From the NCBI RefSeq assembly GCF_963676685.1, contig NC_092353.1:27156001-27220000 (forward strand): a stretch of DNA of 64,000 nucleotides, read 5' to 3'. The position numbers and the translations under genes were made by a program. Positions within the stretch are counted from its first letter, which is position 1; the number at the start of each line of letters is the position of its first letter. This DNA comes from Mytilus edulis. Its lineage: Eukaryota. A model generated the notes under the pieces. That model was not told the DNA's origin. It saw only the letters and a program-made list of their open reading frames with translations, and made no database searches. This document shows positions 50,997-62,617 of this stretch, in pieces.

Positions 50997-51455
50997 CATC
51001 TAGATGTTTTTTCCGTCTCGATACTTTCAACAAGTATCTAGATGGTTGTAAGATACATCTAGATACTTTAGCGAAGTATCTAGATACCTTTTTTCTATTT
51101 AGATATTTTCAACGCATCTAGTTACTTTTAATTAGTATCTAGATGCTTCTCACAAGTATCTAGTTGATTCGCACAAGTATCTAGATGCTTTCTACAAGTA
51201 TATAGATGCTCCGCACAAGTATATAGATGCTCCGCACAAGTATATCTAGATGCTTCGCACAAGTATCTAGAGGCTTCGCCCAAGTATCTAGATAGTTTAA
51301 ACAAGTATCTAGTTACTATGACTAACTATCTAGATGGAAATAGTTAAACTGAATACAAATACTTTTCAATATGCTTTTTCGACTATCTAGATACTCTAAC
51401 GAAGCATCTAGATACTAACACGAACTATCAAGATACTTGTGCGAAGCATCTAGAC
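50997..51455. repeat. Array of palindromic ATCTAGAT-core units (about 20-22 bp)
   Basis: Repeated CACAAGTATCTAGATGCT-like units in both orientations. Confidence 0.8.
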
Positions 51456-52303
51456 GGTTATGCGAAAAATACATGAACGGACACTCATAATACACCACTC
51501 TATAAAATATAAATAAGAGTTATGATGTCCCTTTGGTATCATTCGCCTCTCTTTTGTAGGCTACCATCCATGGCTATGTTCTACAGGTGCTATTTTGCTC
51601 ATTATTAAAGGTTTTACAGTGAAATGTACTTATTCACACTCTTGTCTCTGATCACATATATCTATAATTATGTAACTGTACTTATTTGAAGACATCTTTA
51701 AGTTCTTTTATGTTTCAGTTAGTGCTTACCTAACCCATTTTTTCTCAGAAAACATAAACTCTACGTAAAATGTTTTTTTTTTTTTTTTGGCAATCGAATA
51801 GGGATTGTTATTCCTCTTGCAGTCATCTATTTTGCAATAGAGAAACCGAGTACTTATATTTAGTGCTTACGGGTAAATGAACTTGAACAACACAGGAGAA
51901 AGTCACAGTGTGTTAATACATTAAACCAAGAATCAGTTCATATATATTTCGTACAAGATAAATTTTATATATATATATTGCTCACGGCAATAACATGATT
52001 AAGGGATTTAATCTTTTCTATAGGTATAAATCCATTCAGCTGTAAAGAGTATACTTTTTTAAATCATTTTAACAGGACAAAAATAGAAAGTGAAAATACC
52101 CCAAGAAGTTTTCGTCATGTGCTATGAAGGGTAACCGTATATATAGTAGTTCCTCTTATATACAAGGTAATATTCGATTATTTCAAGTTACAACAAGAAC
52201 GTTATATACATCTTTTGTAAGTATGTTATTTGTCATGTGCACTAAAAACTACATCATACAGAAATAACCACATTATATGTATGATATAATAGCACTTATG
52301 TAG

Positions 52304-52617
52304 TTTTTATGCCCCACCTACGATAGTAGAGGGGCATTATGTTTTCTGGTCTGTGCGTCCGTTCGTCCGTCTGTACGTTCGTTCGTCCGTCCGTTCGTTG
52401 GCCCGTCTGTCCCGCTTCAGGTTAAAGTTTTTGGTCAAGGTAGTTTTTGATGAAGTTGCAGTCCAATCAACTTAAAACTTAGTATACATGTGCCCTATGA
52501 TATGATCTTTCTAATTTTAATGCCAAATTAGAGAATTTATTCCAATTTCACGGTCCACTAAACATAGAAAATGATAGTGCGAGTGGGGCATCCGTGTACT
52601 GTGGACACATTCTTGTT
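52304..52617 (-). mobile_element. Short HINE/MITE family, copy 2
   Basis: Reverse complement of 871-1175, highly similar over its whole length. Confidence 0.75.
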
Positions 52618-54262
52618 TTAGTTTTTTTTTTATAATAATTACAAAACTAAGAACAAAAGATAATCAGATTCTTAGAGAATACAAACTCAGAGTTACAGTG
52701 GAATTTAATCATTGCTACTGTATAAACTTGTAGCATTTTCTGACTTGGAGATGTGATTGTTGAATATTTTGTCTGTAAATATAACATTTGTCAGAGAGGG
52801 TTCCCACTCACCTCTATTGACGTATCTAGCATTGGTTTTGCCATCAGTGGTAGCAGTATTGTATTCCTAAAGGCCTTAGATTATATATCCTCTCATTAAC
52901 AATGGGTTAACTGGTTACAAAATAAAGCTTTCCTTCCAAAAAGTATTTTTAATTTTGACCACTCATGTGCAAACAGTTTTTGGGACCGTTGAAATGACAA
53001 GAACAATTGGAAAAAATGGTAAAAACTGCCAATAAGTTGATTGAAAAAGTTTATGAGTAAATTGGAAAAAAAACTCTCGCTAGTCAAAAAAAAAAAAAAA
53101 AAATCATAAAAACACAAGACGAAGAAAAGACATCTTCATTACAAAAAGAAGAAAAAATGTGAGTATAAAAAAAAATCTAAATCACTGTACATGCATATTA
53201 AAATCTACACGAACCCCAAAAAACGTCAATATGTAAGATATCTATAGGGTTTCAATGGTTGAAAAAATGAAGAATCTTTATTATTTTTGTTAAAATAAAA
53301 AAAGTGCCTAGGAATTATCCTTTCGTATATACCAGATGCCATCTTCACCAACCAAGGATAACGATACAGCCCCCTTCTCTCTACCTGATGGACCTGGTTG
53401 GTAGAAGGAGGCTGGATCGTTACCCTTGGCTAGATAAGATGACAAGATGCCTCTCTGCGTTGTTTATGGTTATCCTTTTGTTTGAAAAAAAAATATTAGA
53501 TAATATTCAGATTAGATTTGGTATAGTTAAGAACATTGTTGATGAGTCATGTGTATTTAACAAATAAATTGCAATATGATCTGACGTCTAGTTTTAATTG
53601 TCAAACATTAAGTTGATGTAAACCATTTGATTTTTAGGAAGGGGGTTAGTTTGTCCTGATTTTTTTTAGTTGTAATCTCTGTCCTGCATTTTTATTTTTC
53701 ACTCTATTCGGTCCTACCTTTTTATTAGTTTATCTTGACTTTATTTGCATAAATTGTCATCCTGCGCCTTTTTTATAAGTTGCTCAGCCTGCCTTAATTT
53801 ATTGCCCAAAACTCATGTCCTGCTTTTTTTTTTAGACCTCCCTCCCCTATAAAATCAAATTGTAGCTCCCTACAGTATGCATGCAATTACATGTTCTTAC
53901 AAAGGCGCTTGGGCCATGTGCCCCTTTATAATTAGTTCTTTCCTATTCATGCTTGTCGCTGCAAAAAAAAAAAAAAAAATAGCAAGCGCGTTAATTTATT
54001 TTTGATTGAGATAAAATGGTATAAAAACTGAAGTCACTGAAAGGAAATAGAACCCCCATTCAGACAAATCCACATACATAGCTTTTGCTTTATTTAAAGT
54101 TACTGCAACTGTTTTCTCTGGTTACCCTCAACTCTGACAGTATTGTATCAATATCATAATGACAATACAAGGATTTTCCGCCAATGAAAACAGGTAAGAA
54201 TTTTACCCAAAAATCTAAAAATAACTCTTATCAAAAAATAAACTACCCGATTTCCACCCGTC

Positions 54263-54414
54263 TATAAATATAGATTAGTTTACGTCATTCACTCTAAATA
54301 CGGAAGTATTTTTGTTGCATTGTTAGTCAGTTCAATAAACCACAAATGTCACCTGAATACTGACACAATCATTCCAGGTGTCACAAAGGATATATATATA
54401 TTTCTAAACCTAAT
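54263..54414 (+). promoter_or_regulatory. Candidate core promoter and non-coding first exon of the Bcl-G-like gene
   Basis: TATAAATA 54263, TTACGTCA (CRE/ATF-like) 54280, CGGAAGT (ETS) 54301, donor AAT|GTAAGT at 54414, acceptor at 55123 just before the ATG. Confidence 0.4.
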
Positions 54415-55140
54415 GTAAGTTTTCATTTTATTATTGGATAGTGTACGCAATATTCCAGGTAGTGTCGTTTACAAGGTTTAATCGTAGACAAACTTTATTA
54501 AACTTGATAAAATATTCCAAAGAAAGATGACTTTGATAAACATGTCCCCTAGTGACTTAATCAATACATAATGCTTCAATAGATCTGCACTAACTTCATG
54601 ACTAAGTTATTGCATTTTGGTTAAAGTTTAACACAGTCCCAAATAAAAGACACTTTGGAAAGTATCATTAATAAAGGTTTAAGATAACCATCAGATGTCA
54701 ACTTTTAAAAGTAAACAGGTTTTATAGACATATTTACCTGTCGTTAGCATGGTTAGTCAACTGTGGTTTTATATTGTTTGTACATTATTCATTCATTATT
54801 TATAAATAACTAAATTACCATATGATGAAAAAATTATTGTGTACACACATATTAGAGGACAGGTATTTTAACTTCGGTTCCATTGAAACATTTTAATCAG
54901 CTATTTCAACAATACAGAATTTAAGTAAATATGTAAATTCATTCATATGACTAAAAGGTTAAAAAGTCACGGGTTATCTTGAATGGAATATACTATATAT
55001 AGTAAATTCATTTTATGTAACAGTACATATACAAAAAAAATTCCAAAAGGAAATTCCATGCTTCGGCCAGGTATCAAGCAAATCGATATCAATTTAATTT
55101 AATTTGGTTAATTATAATTTTAGAGAGAAGAGAACCAAGA

Positions 55141-58100
55141 ATGCCTTCATCATTAAACAGAAGTCGCCCGCTGAGACAAACCTGTCCTATAACTAGAAAG
55201 GAAAGCGAACAGTTATTTGATCTTTTTCTTCATCTGCAATCAAATCCAACAGAAGAGGAAAAACCGACAAATGATAATTGTTTGAATAGCGTTGAAAAAG
55301 AGGACTGTAACTGTGTTGAGGACCTTCCTGAATTCAAGCGTTCTGATAGTTACAGGAAAGCTACACAAAGATTTTCGCTTGAGGATGTTGTAGAAACCAT
55401 GACTTTTAAGAAAGAGGATTATGATCACAAGAAATATAAGTCTCTGCCAATTGACAGAACATCGAAGATCACTCATACTGAAAACAAATCAAAGTTGCAA
55501 GTAGGGAGAAAAAATAAACTTAATAGACAGAAATCTGGCACTGTTCCGTCGTCTGATAGTGACAATAACACAAGTCCACCTGAAAACCGAAAGAAAAAAA
55601 GTGTCGTGCAAAGGACTAAGGAAAGAATCATATTCATACTCTGGAAAGATAAGAAACATGGTGATAAAAATATATCTAAGGAATCTAAAAGGACACCGAC
55701 CCCTCATCATGGTAATGATAGTGTACTGAAAGTTAACAACAATAAAGGTCAAATATCAACCACTTCAAACGATGCTGAGATTATCGAACGAAAGAAAAAT
55801 AATATTAGTATCAAAGCAAGAACGTCTGAAAGTAAGTTTATTATCTTATTTTGCTTATATAACAATGTTACATACAGATTTCAATTATATAAGTACAATA
55901 CGTGGAAAAGAAAGATGTGCTTTGTCCGAGGCTTTGTCAATGAAATATAAAAGTAGATATCATACATAATGTGTACTTAGGATATATTTTTTATAGCCTA
56001 AAGGTTGTAAGTACATCTAAATGCACACAAACACGTTTTCTTGAAGTACAATATATTATGTCTTTATGTATGCGAAATCAAAGCGAATGATGTAATCGTA
56101 TTTCACTCCTAAAATTCAAATTCAAATTAGAAAATAATTTCATTGTATTTTGCTTTGGTTAAAAGCACATGCAGGGTTAGACTTTTTATTTATATATTCT
56201 AAGTATTTGATACCATATAACTTCCAGATTCCAAAGGATCACATTCAAACCAACAAAGTCCCACTCAGAACATGGCACCAAATTCTAAGTCGCCCGCGCG
56301 TGACAGAAGATACAAAACTCAAGTCTCACGTGAAGAAATTACTAATATGTTCGAAAAATGCCTATCGTCTGCCGAAGTTAAAGAGGAACCATACACATTT
56401 CCCGCTAAAAGGATCCACAAGAGAAAAGACTTCAGTCCAGGTAGAGATATTTCATTTGCTGATGGAATTAAAGATAAGAAATCTGGACTTAAATTAGACC
56501 TAGGTCCTTTTACTAATGGGTTTAAAGTAGAATCACATACAACAGTAATTCAGGAGGACAAAACCATAGTAAATGATGGAACAACGCGGACTTTGTTAAC
56601 TGATAGAAGGACAATTGAGAGAACGTTCTCTTTGGAAGTGGATGGTTGCAATGATGATGAAGTTGATGGTCCAATGGGTTCTACTTTGAAGGAGGTAGAT
56701 CGATTACAAACAGGTATATATCTGAACATGTTTTGGTATCAAGTAAAGCCTAATAAAATGAGAATTCTACTTCGTAAGTAGTCCTGCTAAATTTGTATAT
56801 TATTTCAAAGCGTCTAAGAGATGTAAGGGACATAGAATTAAACATCAATCCAACACTTGCTTATATGTTTATTGACTTATCATGGCTACAATGGAGGCCA
56901 GGTAATGCTTAAAGTAATCATTATAATCTACTATCCTCTTTTGTTTGGCCATATGCAGTCTTACACTTAACATTTGTACATTTCATTCTATAACGTCTCC
57001 TTCATTTGTACAGGAGACGAATCACAAGAGCCTTTAACATCGTCAGAGCAGGAAAAAATGATAGAAGAAATAGCTAGAAGACTAAATAGAATAGCTGACG
57101 ACTGTGTCCAGCGCATGGGAGCTGGAGGAACTTCACCTCTCCAAGGCGCTACTGCTGGACCTTTGTTGTCACCCGCGTCTCAAGGTATGGTTATGCTACA
57201 TATAAGCCCCTCTCCGATTTAGTGTTTCCTGTCTCTCTACCTCCTTTGAATGCCTACCCTCACACTTTAAATGTGCATTTTGGGTGAAGTACCGAAAATC
57301 CATATATTTAAGGTCTAGCACCGTTTAAAGACTAGAACCGTCCCATATATAGTTTTTCTTGTAAAATTTTTAGAAGATATTTAAACTGCCTACCTTTCTT
57401 TCTTTTTTTTGGGGGGGGGGGGGGGGCGTCTTATATTATCATTTTTTTATATCACCCTTTTACTCTTTGACTTTCAACGTAGTTCTTATGACGACACTTA
57501 AAACAAATCAGTTACTAATACAAGAAAAACATTTTTAATACTTGTGGAAAATATGCAATTATGCAGTAGTACACAGTCAGCTTTTGAAAGTTGTATTCAC
57601 CATCTAAAAACGCTTGTATCGTAATTTTATGTGCGTTATTTTTATAAATTAAATGTTTACATGAAATATTTGTATATTAAACTATACTATTCAACTGAAA
57701 TTTAATCTAAATATTATAAAATCGATGAATCAAAAAATATTTTAGTCATGTGCATACATTGCATACATAATATGTGAGGCGTTAAAATATTTCCTTTAAA
57801 AAAATCCACATCCCAGCTGGTATTGATCTGGAAAATATTTGTGTCACAATTACATCAGCTTTTCTCTTAATTGGAAAAACCAAGGTTTTCGGAGAAGTTT
57901 GAAATACTGGGACGTCCGATTCCAATTCTGTTAATAAATTATCCCTATTTCATTATGAATGCAAAATTACCATAATGGTTTATTAAAAAAACGTAAATCA
58001 AAATTGTAGATTTTGTTGAAAATCAATTGTTAAGCAATCCTACAACCCCCCCTTTTTTTCCCCATCATTTGCAATTCATCTAGCTCTTATCCTTTTGCTT

Positions 58101-60144
58101 AGTATTCGAATATCTAATGAGCAGTAGATCAGTGACATATAAATCAACGAATTATGAGAGATTAACCCAGTATTTTCATTAATCTTCTGTTATATCGTGT
58201 TAGCGGTTGTACATTTAATTACGATATTTATGATAGATTAACCAAATCGATTATCAACGTATAATATTCATAGCTAAAGGTGAACAATCGACATGGTTAT
58301 AAAATCTTCTCAAAGAGGAACATTTTACCTTCTATAATACCATCGTGCATTGATCTTTATTAAGTGATTACTTATTGTTTTAGGTAGGAAGCTTGCCAAA
58401 GACTTAGTGGATGAACTAAGAAAGGAAGGAGATAGATTATCCCGAGAGGTATAAATAGCTTTTAACCAAATTTGCTTACTGACCTCTGAAAATGTTATCT
58501 TTACATCCGCTATGATAAATTATTTTGTTTGAACGAGAAGATTTTACTGCAGTCTACGTTTTAATGAAACTTAAAACAAGTCATTTAAAAATGATAAAGG
58601 ACTTTTGTGCATACACAATGTATGCGAAATACAAATGGTATTAGTTTTCTCAGGAAAAAAGCCAACACGAAGTACGTGTAAAATGAAGGAATAAAATGTT
58701 ATAAAACACATCAGACGACGACATACAGTGGAGGTCTTGTTCAAAATAAGACAACGATATAGAGAGGATCGATTGCCACCCTTAAATTTCATTTCTCAAT
58801 TGTTTTAAATAAATAAGATAGATGTCATTAAGGATATTAGTTCTGTTTATAAACTTTAAGGTAAAAGGTATATTTGACAACCATAAAAAAATGTTTTATT
58901 TCCATCCTTTTTGGCCTAGCTCCCTCTCAAGAGAATATTCCTTGCGCGGACTTGTATTTCAATCATGTCGACTTTTAAAGATACGAAGTTAAAACGCAAA
59001 ATGTCCAAAAATACATGGCAACAGTTGTAAATGTATTTGTCTTTTACCACAGGGTTTATACAAATTTTTTTTTTTTTTAATTAGAATTGAAATAATTTTT
59101 TGGTTTTATCTTTGATAAAAATTCCTTCAATAGTACAACTAGAAAATTATTGCATTTCAGATGAATTTGCCTGCTAATCTTTTACCGATAGTAATGGACA
59201 TGGTCAAGCAAATAACCTACGACCATTTCAAAGACTTAGTGAAGAAGGCTTTGTGCGAGACGATAGGATGGGACCAGGTTGCTTTGTATTTTTATATTTC
59301 TAAAGCAGCTATTGTGATGGCCGGGGCTGGTGGAAGTATTGCCTGTAAACTAAAGGACATGGCGGTTAGATATTTCCACGAGGAATTATCTCCATGGATA
59401 TACGATAGAGGTGGATTGGTATGTTTTATACAACTTTTTATAAGCTTCCTTAACCAGAATAATGCAGTCGTTATATGCGCTGCTCTCCGATTGCTATAAA
59501 TTACACTGCATAATTATATATAGGGTTATTGCATGGATCCTGGTGAAAAATGTCTCACGATTTTAAGAGTGCCAATGTATATTCTACGATGGATAATAAT
59601 AGCATTATAAGCACTGGTGCAAAATGATAAAATATTTCAAGCCAATTTTTCCTTTCGTTCTGTGGGAAATGTCGTATGTTGTAATTAAAAGAATAGTTTC
59701 GACTCGCGATTAGGAGAGGAAATGTGCTTTTTTCCAGCCCCCGATTCAATGTTAAGAAAACGTACGGTAAAGTGAATAATACTTGTAGCGTGACAATTCA
59801 TTTTTGGGTCCTCTTTGTGGAGGCCTTATGCGACTTCTGGCGCGGAGAGAATTAAGGTAAGGTTGTGGTCCTCGCTTTAACTATTTCAATTTCTTTGAAC
59901 GATCAGAGACAGCTATTTAGATTTAAACAAAAAGTTGCACATTATAGATACACTTGTATTAAGTTGTAACTACTTACTCATCTCTGATGTTATTCCTTAT
60001 ACATAATGAAAATAATGTATACATTGACTTGGTCGGGTTATTGTCTTTTTGAACTATTTGATATATTCCCCATTGACATTCACAATCCTATTATTTGTAT
60101 TTTAGGAAACTATGCTAGAAGAAACAGATTCGGAGGTTGACTGA
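55141..60144 (+). CDS. BCL2L14: Bcl-2 family protein, Bcl-G (BCL2L14)-like, 6 coding exons, about 569 aa
   Basis: Exons 55141-55831, 56228-56713, 57014-57184, 58384-58448, 59161-59418, 60106-60144 join in phase (1710 nt). BH3-like IARRLNRIADD and LVDELRKEGDRL, BH1-like IGWDQVAL, BH2-like PWIYDRGGL, no TM anchor, C-terminal EVD* as in vertebrate Bcl-G. Orthology is not proven. Confidence 0.8.
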
Positions 60145-60366
60145 CAAAGGCTGTGATTAGTAAGAATTTGAACTTATCCTAAAACTGATATATCAGTGCT
60201 CTACAGTTCTGATAACGGGACAACTGCATATGTCTGCGATCTCCGTCGGTCAAAGAGTAACCTGAATAATGTGACATTGAGACATTTAACTATGATTGTT
60301 TAGTATTGAGCCCGTATTTTACTCAGAGTGATGTTGTATGGCTTTATGACAATGGAAATCCGCGGC

Positions 60367-60525
60367 ATTTTTCTCAGCGATGGTGTATGGCATTAAAGTT
60401 ATAGCAATAATTTTTCTCAGCGATGGTTTATGGCATTAAAGTTATAGCAATCATTTTTCTCAGCGATGGTTTATGGCATTAAAGTTATAGCAATCTTGTT
60501 TCTCAGCGACGCTGTATGACTTTAA
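60367..60525. repeat. 43-bp tandem repeat in the Bcl-G-like 3' UTR
   Basis: CTCAGCGA at 60373, 60416, 60459 and 60502. Confidence 0.9.
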
Positions 60526-60956
60526 GTCTATAGTTTTTATTTTATGTGCAATATTTTTGATGATCTCAGCTATTTGAGCGAGACTGTATGTTATTTGTTT
60601 GTGTATTTCACATTTATGTGTATAATTTATTTGATTTAATATATGCCTTCACTGTGATGATTTAAAATGTATAAAAGAGAAATATGTACAAATGATATTG
60701 GATTTGTTTGAATAAATCCTATAAAACACTCGGATGAATTGACTTAATGTAAACCAAGGGGAAAATTATTTTACTTCTATTATTTACCAAATGTTGATGG
60801 TTGCATTTCTCATCTCTATTTCATAAATCGAGAATTCGAAGAATATGTGAATAAATTATAAAATAATTGTTAAATTTTCATTGATTTATATTAATCACTA
60901 CAAAACGCTGACCTGTATATTGGACACAGAAATTGAAACGTGATGTTGGAGCATGG

Positions 60957-61697
60957 TCAGGAAATAGCATGTTTTTCTCTAAAATTCACTTCCATTTTTC
61001 TAGCGTTTCTCCAAACTTGAAGGACGATTGTTTCACTACGATTCTTATCATTCCTGTCTTTCTCTGTTCGTCCTTCCAATACATATGTAGGCAAAACAAA
61101 AATGTGACAATTTTTGCCTAATTTTAATGTCAGCATATTATGAACCAGAACAGTTCGTATACGTTTCTCTGGAAATTTCGGGTCTAATTTGCCAAGCTGA
61201 TTTTTTGTGACATTTACCGGTATTGGTATAATGGTCCCCGGTAAACACATTTCATTGATTGGTGGTAGTTGGCTGAGTAAAATTAAATGGCAGACTTTTC
61301 ATATAGATATAAAAAGATGTTGTATGAGTGCCAATGAGACAACTCTCTATCCAAGTCATAGTTTGTAAAAGTAAACCCTTACAGGCCAAAGTATACATGT
61401 TCAGGGCAACGTAGCTTTATATGCATTCCATTGATAAAGGAGGCATGTGATAGATGTTTATGAGACAGCAACCAAACGATACAAACACTCAAGGTTAACA
61501 TACGGTTTTAGAAAAAAAAGACGTGTCAAATAAGTTTTTAACTCACCTTGCCTTGTAGGGCCATTTGAATTATTGCAAGATTACAAAACTCAAACCAACG
61601 GGCAAATATGGATCAAACTTGCATAGCCGCAACCGTCTTTAAGGTGTCCAAATAAAATGTCGATTATGTCCGTCGCGTAAAGCACATTATAAGTCAC
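60957..61697 (-). pseudogene. Possible IFI44-like GTPase pseudogene (two exon remnants)
   Basis: Terminal exon 61272-60957 is an open frame after an acceptor. The upstream segment 61697-61547 ends in AAG|GTGAGT and encodes DIIDILFGHLKDG then, after a frameshift, KFDPYLP, resembling the IFI44 DI..IL.GH.PD.Y.FNP motif. Confidence 0.3.
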
Positions 61698-62151
61698 CTT
61701 AGAGTATACTAGTGACTTTTAGTTGTTCAAATGCTTGTATTTTTACAATGGTGAATAGTTGTCTCGATCATTTGCAATTACTTGTACAACAATTGAAGCT
61801 AGTTAAGGTGATGCTGTTGATTTTCTATACTGTAGCTCAAAAAACCAAGTAAAGTAGATTCAATATCGTTGCATATCTAAGTTTTACCATGAAATCTATT
61901 CGAAATCGGTATAGTATTTGTATGAGGTCAGTAAGTATTCAAAATTGCCAGACCATAAGAAAAAAGAGCCATTTTACAGCCGATTGCATTGGGTGTGTAG
62001 ATAAAGGTAATATATTTGTTTAGCTTGATTGCAAGCTGAACCATGAAGTCATTATTAGGTTAGGTAAACTACCCTCCTTTAAGAGTAAGAGTAGATTAGT
62101 CCGACAGATAACCAATTTATACTTCGAAAGGAGCCGGGGAAGTATATATAA

Positions 62152-62617
62152 AAAAGAGGATGTGGTATGATTGCCAATGAGACAACTCTCCACAAGAGAC
62201 AAAAATGACTCAGAAATTAACATCTATAGGTCACCGTACGGCCTTCAACAATGAGCAACGCCCATACCGAATAGTCAGCTATAAAAGGCCCCGAAATGAC
62301 AATGTAAAACAATTCAAACGAGAAAACTAACGACCTTATTTATTTTAAAAAATGAACGAGAAACAAATATGTAGCACATAAACAAACGACAACCACTGAA
62401 TTACAGGCTCCTGACTTGGGACAGGCACATACATAAATAATGTGGCGGGGTTAAACATGTTAGCGGGATCCCAACCCTCCCCCTTACCTGGGACAGTGGT
62501 ATAACAGTACAACATAAGAACGAACTATAAAAATCAGTTGAAAAAGGCTTAACTCATCAGATGAACAAACATACAAGTGGACGTGGCCGGGTACTTGTAC
62601 ATCCCAACAACAAAAAA
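62152..62617 (+). mobile_element. Abundant SINE-like interspersed repeat (fullest copy); fragments at 1320-1800, 5230-5345, 17700-17765, 18080-18135, 20455-20625, 26740-27100, 42330-42590, 61314-61400
   Basis: Shared GATGTGGTATGATTGCCAATGAGACAACTCTCCA and GGCTCCTGACTTGGGACAGGC...GGCGGGGTTAAACATG segments recur on both strands. Confidence 0.7.

Noticed and set aside
55832-55950. C-terminal part of the 269-aa ORF as coding (likewise the tails of ORFs 56272, 56974 and 59161)
   Set aside because: Read-through into introns past strong GT donors; the spliced model keeps phase and the BH motifs.
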